Origin: Bryobacteraceae bacterium
GTDB taxonomy: Bacteria; Acidobacteriota; Terriglobia; Bryobacterales; Bryobacteraceae
NCBI GenBank assembly: GCA_035509055.1
Contig: DATJMA010000036.1
Span: forward strand, 17,850 to 81,849
DNA: 64,000 nt
Direction: 5' to 3'
Below, piece after piece: positions 1 to 8,883 of this stretch. Every line of letters begins with the position of its first letter. Within the stretch, counting starts at the first letter, position 1. The notes below the pieces were generated by a model. The model saw nothing but the letters and a program-made list of their open reading frames with translations, was not told where the DNA came from and made no database searches. The position numbers and the translations under genes were made by a program.

Positions 1-401
1 CCCAGGCCGGTGAACACCGAAATCAAGAGCCACGCTACCAATGCCGGAATCAGGAAGTTGAAGCCCTTGAAAAAATCGCCGAAATCGGCGGGGCGGCGCG
101 CCATCTTCTTCATCGTGTAGACGTGAAACCCAGCCGTCAGCGGGCCCTGAATGATAAACGCCGCCGCACCGCTGAGCAGGAAATGAATCAGCGAGATCAC
201 CGCGTACGCGCCGAAGTCGGTCTTCACCAACTCCCAGCCCTCGCCAATCCACTTGCCAGGCGTCGCTTTGATGCCGGCGGGCGGAACGAATGGCGCAGCC
301 GCTGGGGCGTTCGAGACCAGCGGCGATGTCAGTGGCTCCCCGCAGTTCGGGCAGAACTGAACGTCGGAATTTACTTGAGTACCGCACTTATGGCAGAACA
401 T
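1..401 (-). CDS. zinc-ribbon membrane protein, N-terminal part only (CDS runs off the left edge)
   Basis: Absent from the ORF track because no stop lies in the window. The reverse strand from ATG at 401 reads MFCHKCGTQVNSDVQFCPNCGEPLTSPLVSNAPAAAPFVPPAGIKATPGKWIGEGWELVKTDFGAYAVISLIHFLLSGAAAFIIQGPLTAGFHVYTMKKMARRPADFGDFFKGF... This is a CxxC-x10-CxxC zinc ribbon followed by hydrophobic helices, with strong G/C third-position bias. Confidence 0.6.
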   Translation of the reverse strand, partial: MFCHKCGTQVNSDVQFCPNCGEPLTSPLVSNAPAAAPFVPPAGIKATPGKWIGEGWELVKTDFGAYAVISLIHFLLSGAAAFIIQGPLTAGFHVYTMKKMARRPADFGDFFKGFNFLIPALVAWLLISVFTGL

Positions 402-454
402 AACTTCAATACAGAATACGACTGTTTTGCCGAAAGTGTTCGCGTTTTTGGCCG

Positions 455-1567
455 CTACCCGATCCAGCCGCCGCCCAGTACCAGATCGCCGTCGTAAAAG
501 ACCGCACCTTGGCCGGGAGTGACGGCGCGCTGCGGTTCGTCAAAAATCACCTCGACGCACCCTCCGTCCCCGGCCGGATGGAGCGTCGCCGGAGCCGCGG
601 CGTGCTTATTGCGGATCTTCACCTGAGCGCGCACGGGCGCGTCCACGCCCGCGATCGAAATCCAGTTCACCTGCCGTGCCACGAACCGCCCGCAAAGCAG
701 ATCGTCATTTCCCCCCACCACGACGCGCTGCGTGCGCGGATCGGTGGAAATCACATAAAGCGGGTCCCGGGCGGCAATCCCCAGGCCTTTGCGCTGCCCC
801 ACCGTGAAATGGTGGACGCCCTGGTGTTCGCCGATCGTGCGGCCGTCGGTGGTGACGATTTGGCCGCGCGGCGTGTCCAGTTCGACGCCCGTATCCTTCA
901 GATATGCGTCCAGAAACGCGGCGTAGTCGCCGTTGGGCACGAAGCAGATCTCCTGGCTGTCGTCCTTCTCTGCGACCGCGAGATCCATGTCGCGCGCCAG
1001 TTCGCGGACTTCGGGCTTCCTCATTTCGCCCAGCGGAAACAATGTGCGCGCCAGCTGCTGCTGCGTCAGTCCGAAAAGGAAATAGGTCTGATCTTTCGAG
1101 CCGTCGCGCGAGCGCAGAAGCTGGTATCGCCCCGATTCTTCGTCGAAGCGCACCCGCGCGTAGTGGCCGGTGGCGATGAAGTGCGCGCCCACGGCGTCGG
1201 CCATCTCCAGAAAACGATCGAACTTGATGTAGTTGTTACAAAGCGTGCAGGGGATCGGCGTGCGGCCCGCCAGGTATTCCGAGACAAACGGCTTCACCAC
1301 CTGCTCTTCGAACTGCTGCTCGAAATTCACCACGTAATACGGGATGCCCACCTGTTCCGCTACGCGCCGCGCATCGTAGACATCGTCGAGCGAGCAGCAG
1401 CGGCCATGGCCGGTGTTCTCGGGAACCAGTTCGGGCAGCCGCCGCTGGTTCCACAACTGCATCGTCATCCCCACGATCTTGTGACCCTGGCGCACCAGGA
1501 GCGCGGCGACAGTAGAGCTGTCGACTCCGCCGCTCATGGCGACGGCGATGGGTGCGGCTTCAGGCAT
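455..1567 (-). CDS. mnmA: tRNA 2-thiouridine(34) synthase MnmA
   Basis: The internal ATG at 1567 of ORF 455..1786 gives MPEAAPIAVAMSGGVDSSTVAALL (PP-loop SGGxDS). Also present: CCSLDDVYDARRVA and RTPIPCTLCNNYIKF. The 73 aa upstream in the ORF are Arg/Trp-rich and overlap the next gene. Confidence 0.9.
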   Translation of the reverse strand: MPEAAPIAVAMSGGVDSSTVAALLVRQGHKIVGMTMQLWNQRRLPELVPENTGHGRCCSLDDVYDARRVAEQVGIPYYVVNFEQQFEEQVVKPFVSEYLAGRTPIPCTLCNNYIKFDRFLEMADAVGAHFIATGHYARVRFDEESGRYQLLRSRDGSKDQTYFLFGLTQQQLARTLFPLGEMRKPEVRELARDMDLAVAEKDDSQEICFVPNGDYAAFLDAYLKDTGVELDTPRGQIVTTDGRTIGEHQGVHHFTVGQRKGLGIAARDPLYVISTDPRTQRVVVGGNDDLLCGRFVARQVNWISIAGVDAPVRAQVKIRNKHAAAPATLHPAGDGGCVEVIFDEPQRAVTPGQGAVFYDGDLVLGGGWIG

Positions 1568-2714
1568 GTACCGAAATTCTTCGCAGGTGCGCCACCGATG
1601 CTTCCAGCGCGTCCACCAGCGCGTCCACTTGCTCCGCCGCCGTCGAACGGCCGAGCGAGAAGCGCAGGCTGGACCGCGCGCGGTCGGCCGGAAGCCCCAA
1701 CGCGGTGAGCACGTGCGATGGCGTGATGGCGCCGGAGGAGCAGGCCGACCCCGTGGATACCGCGAATCCGCGCAGGTCGAGCGCAATCACCATGGCTTCG
1801 CCATCGACTCCATCGAAATACATGTTGCTGGTGTTGGGCGTGCGATTGGCGCGGCCCCCGTTAATTCCCGTGCCGGAAATCCGGCCCGCGACAGCGATCT
1901 CAAACCGATCGCGCAGACCGGCCAGGCGCTCCGATTCCGCGGCCAGCACTTTCGCGGCGAGTTCGCACGCGGCTCCCAACGCCACAATTCCCGGCACATT
2001 TTCGGTTCCCGGACGGCGGTCGCGCTCGTGATGGCCGCCGAAGCCCAGCGGCGCCAGCTTCGTGCCCTTGCGCAGGTAGAGCGCGCCCACTCCCTTGGGA
2101 GCGTACAGTTTGTGGCCGCTCATACTGTAGAGATCCACCCCGAGCGCATCCACATCGATGGCGAGCTTGCCGGCTGCCTGAACGCCGTCCGAGTGCATCG
2201 CCGCGCCCGCCTCATGCGCAATGCGGGCGATCTCGGCAATCGGCTGCACCACGCCAATCTCGTTGTTCGCATGCATGACGGAGATCAGGACCGTCTCCGG
2301 CCGCAGCGCCCGCCGTACCTGTTCCGGATCCACGGTTCCGTTCGGCCCCACCGGCACATGCGTGATCACCGCGCCTTCGCGCTCGAGTTGCGCCGCCGAC
2401 GCCAGCACCGCGGGATGTTCGATGGCGCTCACGATCACGTGCGCCCGCGAGCGCCCGGACGCCCGCACTACGCCGAAGACCGCGAGATTGTCGGCCTCCG
2501 TGCCGCCGCTGGTGAAGACGATTTCCGTAGTGCTCGCGTGAATGAGCGCCGCCACCTGCCGGCGTGCGGCTTCCAGCTTGTGCTTCGCCGCCTGGCCGAA
2601 ATGATGAATGCTGGACGCGTTACCATACACTTGACCGAGACACGACGCCATGGTCTCCAGAACTTCCGGAGCTACGGGGGTGGTGGCGTTGTGGTCGAAG
2701 TAGAAATGCTGCAC
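1560..2714 (-). CDS. cysteine desulfurase (NifS/IscS-type class V aminotransferase)
   Basis: MQHFYFDHNATTPV..., SGHKLYAPKGVGALY (PLP-lysine motif), STGSACSSG (active-site Cys loop). GTG start at 2714. 8-nt overlap with the mnmA start. Confidence 0.9.
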   Translation of the reverse strand: MQHFYFDHNATTPVAPEVLETMASCLGQVYGNASSIHHFGQAAKHKLEAARRQVAALIHASTTEIVFTSGGTEADNLAVFGVVRASGRSRAHVIVSAIEHPAVLASAAQLEREGAVITHVPVGPNGTVDPEQVRRALRPETVLISVMHANNEIGVVQPIAEIARIAHEAGAAMHSDGVQAAGKLAIDVDALGVDLYSMSGHKLYAPKGVGALYLRKGTKLAPLGFGGHHERDRRPGTENVPGIVALGAACELAAKVLAAESERLAGLRDRFEIAVAGRISGTGINGGRANRTPNTSNMYFDGVDGEAMVIALDLRGFAVSTGSACSSGAITPSHVLTALGLPADRARSSLRFSLGRSTAAEQVDALVDALEASVAHLRRISVHA

Positions 2715-2731
2715 TTGAGGCTATTTTACCA

Positions 2732-3505
2732 ATGCGGGCGCCCATCGTTACCTTGACGACCGATTTCGGGCTTTCGGACCATTACGTGGGCAGCATGAAA
2801 GGTGTGATTCTCCGCATCTGCCCAGGAACCCCGATCATCGATATCAGCCACGAGGTGACCCCGTACGCCATCGCCGAAGGCGCGTACCTGATCGCGCAGG
2901 CGTATCTAACGTTTCCGCGCGGCAGCGTGCACGTCGTGGTGGTCGACCCCGGCGTGGGCAGCGAGCGGCGTCCGATATTAATGGAAGCCGCCGGCCAGTA
3001 TTTCATTGCGCCCGATAATGGCGTGCTCGGTATGATTATTGCCCGCGAAAAGCACAAAGTTCGGGCCATTTCCAACTCCCGCTATTTCCATCACCCGGTC
3101 AGCCAGACTTTTCACGGGCGCGACATCTTCGCTCCCGCCGGCGGCCACCTCGCGAGTGGCGTGAGGTCATCCAGCTTCGGAAAGATCATCGCCGATTACG
3201 TTCGCCCATCGTTCGCGGAGCCTCGCCAGACCGGGCCCAAGTCGTGGGCGGGCGAGATCCTGAAGGTCGATCACTTCGGCAACATCGTGACCAACTTCCG
3301 TGCGGCTGATTTTCCGCGGTTTGAAGAGATCACCATCGGCGTCACGAACGTGGGGCGCCTGGTGCGCAGCTACGCCGAATCGCCGTCGGGAGAACTGGTG
3401 GCAATCGCCGGCAGTTCGGGCTATTGGGAAGTGTCGTTGAACCAGGGCTCCGCCGCGGACCGGATCGGCTGCCGCGCCGGCGACGCCTGCCACATTCGCG
3501 TCTGA
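2732..3505 (+). CDS. SAM hydroxide adenosyltransferase family protein (DUF62, chlorinase/fluorinase-like fold)
   Basis: The ATG at 2732 inside ORF 2564..3505 gives MRAPIVTLTTDFGLSDHYVGSMKGVIL..IDISHEV..FIAPDNGVL..KVDHFGNIVTNF, typical family motifs. Confidence 0.8.
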   Translation: MRAPIVTLTTDFGLSDHYVGSMKGVILRICPGTPIIDISHEVTPYAIAEGAYLIAQAYLTFPRGSVHVVVVDPGVGSERRPILMEAAGQYFIAPDNGVLGMIIAREKHKVRAISNSRYFHHPVSQTFHGRDIFAPAGGHLASGVRSSSFGKIIADYVRPSFAEPRQTGPKSWAGEILKVDHFGNIVTNFRAADFPRFEEITIGVTNVGRLVRSYAESPSGELVAIAGSSGYWEVSLNQGSAADRIGCRAGDACHIRV

Positions 3506-3617
3506 CCGATCTGAATTAAACCTTTCGCCACTCCTCCGCCTTGGCGGGTTGGCCCCAAGCCCGGTAAAGCTCGACGAGCCAACGATGCTTTTGTCATTCG
3601 CCCGAATCCCGCCCTGG

Positions 3618-6600
3618 TTATGGCTTCACCGAGATGCGTGGCACGTTGGCGTCGTTCAATTGCTTGTCGATTCCCGGAACGGTGGTCTTGAGCAGCGTGT
3701 CGAGCGCCTCCGATTGCTTCTCGAAGTCCTTCTGCAAGTCCTCCAGTTGTTCGCGCTGGGTGCCGGTCGGCAGGAACGGCGATCCGCTAACCTGCCCGAA
3801 CAACTGGGTGACGCCGCGGTTGATGCGCGCCATCTCGGTCTTGACCTTGCCGGACTCTTTGAGCGCCGCGGCGATGGTATCCTTGATCGCCGCCGGCGCA
3901 TCGGGCACGTTCTTGGAAAGCGAATCCAACTGCGTGTCGAGCGAATCGGCCCTGGTACTCGCCGGTTCGGTCCGTGCCTGAAGCGCCATCACCGCGGTGA
4001 TCACGCCGCGGCGCGCCTGGATCTCGTCAGCCGAGACATTGGCGTAGGGGTCGGCATCCACGTGGATGGGCGTGGTGAACTCCTTGCCATCGATGGTGAG
4101 GCGCGCGATGTAATCTCCCGGGTCGGCCAGGGCGGCATTAGCGCCGGCGCGGCCGCCGCCGGGCGCCGCTCCGGGAGCAGCACCGCGGCCTTCACCACCG
4201 CCACGTCCGCCGCGCCCGCCCCGCCCCGGCGGCTGAACGAGCGACTTGCCGCGAAGATCCCATTGCACGCGATTGATACCCTTCTCCTTGGTAGCCGGGA
4301 GATCGCGAACCACCGCGCCGGTCTTGTCAACGATCGCGAGTTTGACATCGCCACCGCCGGATTTCAGGTAATAGCTGACGGTCGCACCCATCGGCGGATT
4401 CTCGCCGATGAAGCGCTTTTCCGCCAGAAACTCGTCGGTGGTGAAGACGCGATAGTCGAATGCAATGGCCGGCTTCACGGTAAACAGGTGCGCGTCGCTC
4501 GCGAGGACAGCGGGCGTGAGTTCCTCGAGCGGCGAAATGTCCATCACCCAGAAACTGCGCCCGTGGGTGGCGGCGATGAGGTCGCCGTCGCGCGGATGGA
4601 CGATCAGGTCGGCCACCGGCGTGGTGGGCAGGTGATTCATCAGCGGCACCCAGTGCGCTCCAGCGTCGACTGAGACATAAGCCGCGGATTCCGTTCCGAC
4701 GAAAAGAAGATTGGCATTCTTCACGTCCTCGCGGATCACGCGCACGGGGGTGGACGGGGGCAGATCCGCGCGGATCGATTTCCACGTGGCGCCGTAGTCG
4801 CGGGATTCGAAGAGGTAGGTAGTGAAATCGTCGCTGCGATGGCCATCGAAAGCCAGGAATACCGTTCCAGCATCGTAGCGCGACGCCACCAGGCGGCTCA
4901 CCCAGCGCTTCCCGGGCATTCCCGGAACACTTGCGGTGATATTCCTCCAGTTCTTTCCATCGCGCGTGGCCCAGACATTGCCGTCGTCGGTACCGGCGTA
5001 GAGCACCGCGGAATCGAGCGGCGATTCCGCGATGGTGGTGATGGTGCCGGCTTTCTCCGTGGTCAGTTCCGGGCTGATGGATTTCCACGAGTCGCCACGG
5101 TCGGTTGATTTGAACACCAAATTGCCGCCCATGAAGATGGTCTTGGGGTCGTGCGCGGAGATCAGCAGCGGCGTTTCCCAGTTGAAACGGTATGCCGGCT
5201 GTCCGCTGTGCGCAGTGGGCTTGATGCCGGTATTCCGGCCGCTGTGCAGGTCATGGCGGACTACGCCGCCGTTCTGCGATTCCGCATAAATGATGTTGTA
5301 GTCCGTGGGATCGACGCGCACCTGAAAACCGTCGCCGGTTTGCACCTTGAACCAGTCGGCATACTTGATTCCCACCTGGTTGCGCGTGGCGCTGGGGCCG
5401 GCCCACGAGCAGTAATCCTGCGAGCCGCCATAAATATAGTAGGGGCGGCGCATGTCGACGTCTACAGAGTACATCTGGCTCAGCGCCATCTGATTTTGAA
5501 AGTCCCACGTGTGGCCGCCATCCCAGGTCATGTAGATGCCGCCATCGTTGCCATCGAGGATGTGGCGCGGATTTTTGGGATCGATCCACATGGCGTGGTG
5601 ATCGACGTGGATGTTCTCGGTGACGGTGCGGAAGGTGGTGCCGCCATCGTCGGATTCGGAGTTGTTGGCGCCGAGCACGAAGAGGTGATTTTCGTTGGTG
5701 GGATCGACGCGCACCTGGCTGTAATAGAACGGCCGGTTATCGACTGAATTCACCCAGCGCCACGTTTCGCCGCGATCGTCGGAGCGGAAGACGCCGCCAT
5801 CGCGCATGGTGCGCGGACCGGCGGGTGGCGCCGGTGGGGCGTTCTCATCGCCCGTGCCTGCCGGCGCCGTGGTCGGGGTTTGCACCACGGCATAAACGAC
5901 GGCTGGATTGCTGGGAGCGGCCGCGAGTCCGATGCGGCCCAGGTCGCCCTTCGGCAATCCCTGGGTGAGTTTGCGCCAGTTGCGGCCGCCGTCGCTGGTC
6001 TTGTAGATTCCGCTACCCGGCCCCCATTGCTTTCCGGGATCGCCGCCGGCGAATCCATCGCGGCGGACTTCGTACGCCGCGGCGTAGAGCGTGTTGGGGT
6101 CGCCTGGATCCATGGCGAGATCGACCACACCGGTGTCGTCGTTGATGGCGAGACTTTGCGTCCACGTGAGGCCGCCATCGGTGGTCTTATAGACACCTCG
6201 CTGTTTGTTCGCGCCCCAGATGTGGCCGAGCGCGGCGACGTAGACCACGTCGGAGTTGCGCGGATCGATGCGGATGCGGCCGATGTGATGGGAATCCTGC
6301 AAACCCATGCGGTGCCAGGCCTTGCCGCCGTCGGTGGTTTTGTAGATGCCGTCGCCCCACGACACGCTGTTGCGCGGATTGGCCTCGCCGGTGCCGACCC
6401 AGACAGTATCGGGATTGGAGGGGTCGGCGGCGACAGCGCCGATCGCGCCGACGCTTTCGTGCTCGAAAATCGGCTCCCAGGTGGTGCCTTCGTTGGCGCT
6501 CTTCCAGACTCCGCCGCCCCCGGTAGCGATGTAGATGCGCGCGGGATTGCCGGAGACAGAGATATCGACGACGCGCCCGCCCGCTCCCGCCGGTCCGACG

Positions 6601-6695
6601 GATCGCCAGGTGAAGTGCTTGAGGAGATCCTGGTCGAACGGTTGGGCCCACAGAGACAGGGCTAGGGCGGAAAGAATGAGGGCGAGGCGCTTCAT
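3618..6695 (-). CDS. secreted sortilin/VPS10-like BNR (Asp-box) double beta-propeller protein
   Basis: Signal peptide MKRLALILSALALSLWAQ. Repeated Asp-box-like motifs (SxDxGxTW: SANEGTTWEP, TTDGGKAW, TTDGGLTW, TSDGGRNW, SDDRGETW, TWDGGHTW, STDRGDSW, SRDYGATW, SVDAGAHW). 1025 aa. Confidence 0.8.
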   Translation of the reverse strand: MKRLALILSALALSLWAQPFDQDLLKHFTWRSVGPAGAGGRVVDISVSGNPARIYIATGGGGVWKSANEGTTWEPIFEHESVGAIGAVAADPSNPDTVWVGTGEANPRNSVSWGDGIYKTTDGGKAWHRMGLQDSHHIGRIRIDPRNSDVVYVAALGHIWGANKQRGVYKTTDGGLTWTQSLAINDDTGVVDLAMDPGDPNTLYAAAYEVRRDGFAGGDPGKQWGPGSGIYKTSDGGRNWRKLTQGLPKGDLGRIGLAAAPSNPAVVYAVVQTPTTAPAGTGDENAPPAPPAGPRTMRDGGVFRSDDRGETWRWVNSVDNRPFYYSQVRVDPTNENHLFVLGANNSESDDGGTTFRTVTENIHVDHHAMWIDPKNPRHILDGNDGGIYMTWDGGHTWDFQNQMALSQMYSVDVDMRRPYYIYGGSQDYCSWAGPSATRNQVGIKYADWFKVQTGDGFQVRVDPTDYNIIYAESQNGGVVRHDLHSGRNTGIKPTAHSGQPAYRFNWETPLLISAHDPKTIFMGGNLVFKSTDRGDSWKSISPELTTEKAGTITTIAESPLDSAVLYAGTDDGNVWATRDGKNWRNITASVPGMPGKRWVSRLVASRYDAGTVFLAFDGHRSDDFTTYLFESRDYGATWKSIRADLPPSTPVRVIREDVKNANLLFVGTESAAYVSVDAGAHWVPLMNHLPTTPVADLIVHPRDGDLIAATHGRSFWVMDISPLEELTPAVLASDAHLFTVKPAIAFDYRVFTTDEFLAEKRFIGENPPMGATVSYYLKSGGGDVKLAIVDKTGAVVRDLPATKEKGINRVQWDLRGKSLVQPPGRGGRGGRGGGEGRGAAPGAAPGGGRAGANAALADPGDYIARLTIDGKEFTTPIHVDADPYANVSADEIQARRGVITAVMALQARTEPASTRADSLDTQLDSLSKNVPDAPAAIKDTIAAALKESGKVKTEMARINRGVTQLFGQVSGSPFLPTGTQREQLEDLQKDFEKQSEALDTLLKTTVPGIDKQLNDANVPRISVKP

Positions 6696-6704
6696 AAGTT
6701 CTGC

Positions 6705-6741
6705 AACCTATCGCAGCCCGGTGGGGAAGTCAAGGAGGAGC
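6705..6741 (-). promoter_or_regulatory. candidate sigma70-type promoter (TTGACT-17 nt-TAGGTT), -10 element ends 9 nt before the ATG at 6695
   Basis: The reverse strand reads TTGACTtccccaccgggctgcgaTAGGTTgcagaacttATG. The spacing implies a leaderless or near-leaderless mRNA. Confidence 0.25.
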
Positions 6742-6978
6742 TCTTTGACTGTCGCGCAACAGCGCGAACGGCAGAAATAACAAATAAGAACAAGTTTACC
6801 CGGGGTACCGGCGCAGGGGCCTCGGCGTTCATGCAGAGAGAAACTCAGTCCGCGTGACGGCAGATTTGCCGCTGTGCGTCGGGCGCCGCTCAGGGTGCGG
6901 CGTGATCCGGATTGGCGAAAGGTCGTAAAGAAGGAACGTGGAGCAATAATCGATCGCCAGGAATGCGGTGCGCAACCT

Positions 6979-8781
6979 CTACCTGGCGATTTCAAATGCC
7001 AGGAGGACGTTACCGGGGAGGCCCCCGGTATTGGCGTAGCCGGAGTTGACGTACAGCATGCCGTCGGCGACGGTTGGGCCGGTGCCGCTGAACGATCCCC
7101 CGTGAGCGGGAATGTTATTGATGGTGGGGAATGCGCGGTTGGCGTCGAAGTCCCAGACAATCTCGCCGCCGTTCATGCGATAGGCGCGGAGATGCCCGTC
7201 CATGGACGGGGAGAAGACAATGCCGGGCACCGCGGTGGCGGCAGCCAATTGCGCGGGCGAGCATCCTGGTTTTCCGCTGCAGGCAGGCTGCGGCGCGGGG
7301 GTTTTCCAGATGACTTTGCCGGTGGCGGCGTCGAGGGCAAATAGGCCCCCAGCGGTGGGTTGTCCCCAATCCGAGAGTGGCGCGAAGACTATGCCATCGG
7401 CGGCGGCCATGCCCCACTCGATACCGCCGAGTTTGCCGCCTTTCCCGATCCGCGACTGCCAGACGAACTTGCCATTTTCATCGGGATCGAGGCCGTGTAC
7501 CATGCCCGATTTCTGGCCGGCGACAAGAATCTGCTTGCCGCCGTTGAGGTTCACAAGAATAGGAGAGGCGCCGAAATCGACGTCGTCGCCGGCGTTGTCG
7601 GGACAGTTGCCGGTGTGAGTACCGAAGCCGCAGCCCCAGTTGAACATATCGAGCGTGGCCTGCTGCGTCCAGCGGATTTCGCCGGTGGAGAGATCCATGG
7701 CGACGATGGCGTCAGCGGTCTTGACGGGCGGGTCGGAATAGCCGTTGCCGGTGGCGACATAGAGCATGTTACGGCGGAGATCGAGGGTGGGAGAAGACCA
7801 GACCGTGGCGCCGGATGGTCCGTAGTATTGCACGCCCTTGTCGCTGCGTTTGGTGGGTCTGGCTTGGGGAGTGGTGAAGGTGCGCCAGATTTCCTTGCCG
7901 GTTTCGGCATCGAGCGCAACGATGTTGCCGCGGAACGTGCAGCAGGGGTACTGCGGCTGCGAGCCGGCGTTCTCCTCCTGCGATGCGATGGGCACGTAGA
8001 GGCGGCCGTCGTGGAGTTTGGGTGCGCCGGTGATGCGCGTGAAGGGCTGGGAATCGAGTTTCTTCTGCCACAGGAGCGACCCCGTATCGGCATTCAGCGC
8101 GTAGAAGTTGGAGTCGAGATCGCCGACGTAGGCGCGCGGGCCGGGACCGATGACGACAGCGGCGCGGACCAGCGTCTGCGCCTGAAACATCCAGTAAATG
8201 CAGCCGCTGCGCGCGTCGAGGGCGTAGACGGTACCGTCGTTGCTGCCAGTGTAGAGGCGGCCATCGACGATGGTAGGCTGGCCGAACGCAGTGGCGCCGT
8301 TGGGGAATCCAAAGGCCCATTTGAGCCGGAGGCGGCCTACGCTGCCGGCGTCGATGTGAGCGGCGGCGGGCTGGAATCGCGTGTTGAAATCGTCGGCGCC
8401 CCATCCGTTCCATGACGACCCGGGGACTGGCATGCTTCCAGCGGGGCAATGGCCGCCCATCGGCGCGGGCACAGAGGAATCGACTCTGCCGAGATAGCGC
8501 GCCACGGCTTTGCGCTCGTCGGCGGTGAGGGAGGCGCCCTGGGCTTTCATGACTCCGGAATCGAGCGCGCGCAGAATGTCTTCCCATGGCATGGTGGCCA
8601 TAGCATCGGGAAGTGGAGCGTGTGCGCCGCTATTGGGGGAATGGCATCGCTGGCAGTGCTGCATGAAGACCCGGGTAGGCTCCTGAGCGCCCAGGAAGGC
8701 AGCGGAAAGGACCGCGAGGAAGAAGAGACGGGGCAAGTTGGGGGATGGCTCCTCGGTAAATGCTATCACCGAAACGCGCAT
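6979..8781 (-). CDS. PQQ-repeat beta-propeller dehydrogenase-like protein with an N-terminal c-type heme motif
   Basis: N-terminal hydrophobic segment, then CQRCH (CxxCH). Followed by PQQ-propeller-like repeats (e.g. DGRLYTGSNDGTVYALDARSG, YALNADTGSLLWQ, VALDAETGKEIW, AMDLSTGEIRW, ALDAATGKVIW). Confidence 0.75.
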   Translation of the reverse strand: MRVSVIAFTEEPSPNLPRLFFLAVLSAAFLGAQEPTRVFMQHCQRCHSPNSGAHAPLPDAMATMPWEDILRALDSGVMKAQGASLTADERKAVARYLGRVDSSVPAPMGGHCPAGSMPVPGSSWNGWGADDFNTRFQPAAAHIDAGSVGRLRLKWAFGFPNGATAFGQPTIVDGRLYTGSNDGTVYALDARSGCIYWMFQAQTLVRAAVVIGPGPRAYVGDLDSNFYALNADTGSLLWQKKLDSQPFTRITGAPKLHDGRLYVPIASQEENAGSQPQYPCCTFRGNIVALDAETGKEIWRTFTTPQARPTKRSDKGVQYYGPSGATVWSSPTLDLRRNMLYVATGNGYSDPPVKTADAIVAMDLSTGEIRWTQQATLDMFNWGCGFGTHTGNCPDNAGDDVDFGASPILVNLNGGKQILVAGQKSGMVHGLDPDENGKFVWQSRIGKGGKLGGIEWGMAAADGIVFAPLSDWGQPTAGGLFALDAATGKVIWKTPAPQPACSGKPGCSPAQLAAATAVPGIVFSPSMDGHLRAYRMNGGEIVWDFDANRAFPTINNIPAHGGSFSGTGPTVADGMLYVNSGYANTGGLPGNVLLAFEIAR

Positions 8782-8883
8782 TTATTTGGAGAACCGGCCG
8801 GATGAGCCTCGGCCCTGTGCCGGTGTATGGGAGATACGCCGCTCTCTGCGCAGTGACTAAGTGCTCGCTGGGAGAGATGCCAA

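Noticed and set aside
123-497. Plus-strand ORF of 124 aa at the left edge
   Set aside because: Arg-rich junk composition. It is antisense to a much more convincing zinc-ribbon membrane protein CDS (1..401, minus) with proper third-position GC bias.
6881-6899. Hairpin CGCCGC-tcagggt-GCGGCG downstream of the PQQ-protein gene (also GGGCC-gttt-GGCCC at 26601..26614) as intrinsic terminators
   Set aside because: The stems are short (5-6 bp) and neither is followed by a U-tract on the transcribed strand. Such GC palindromes are frequent by chance in this composition.
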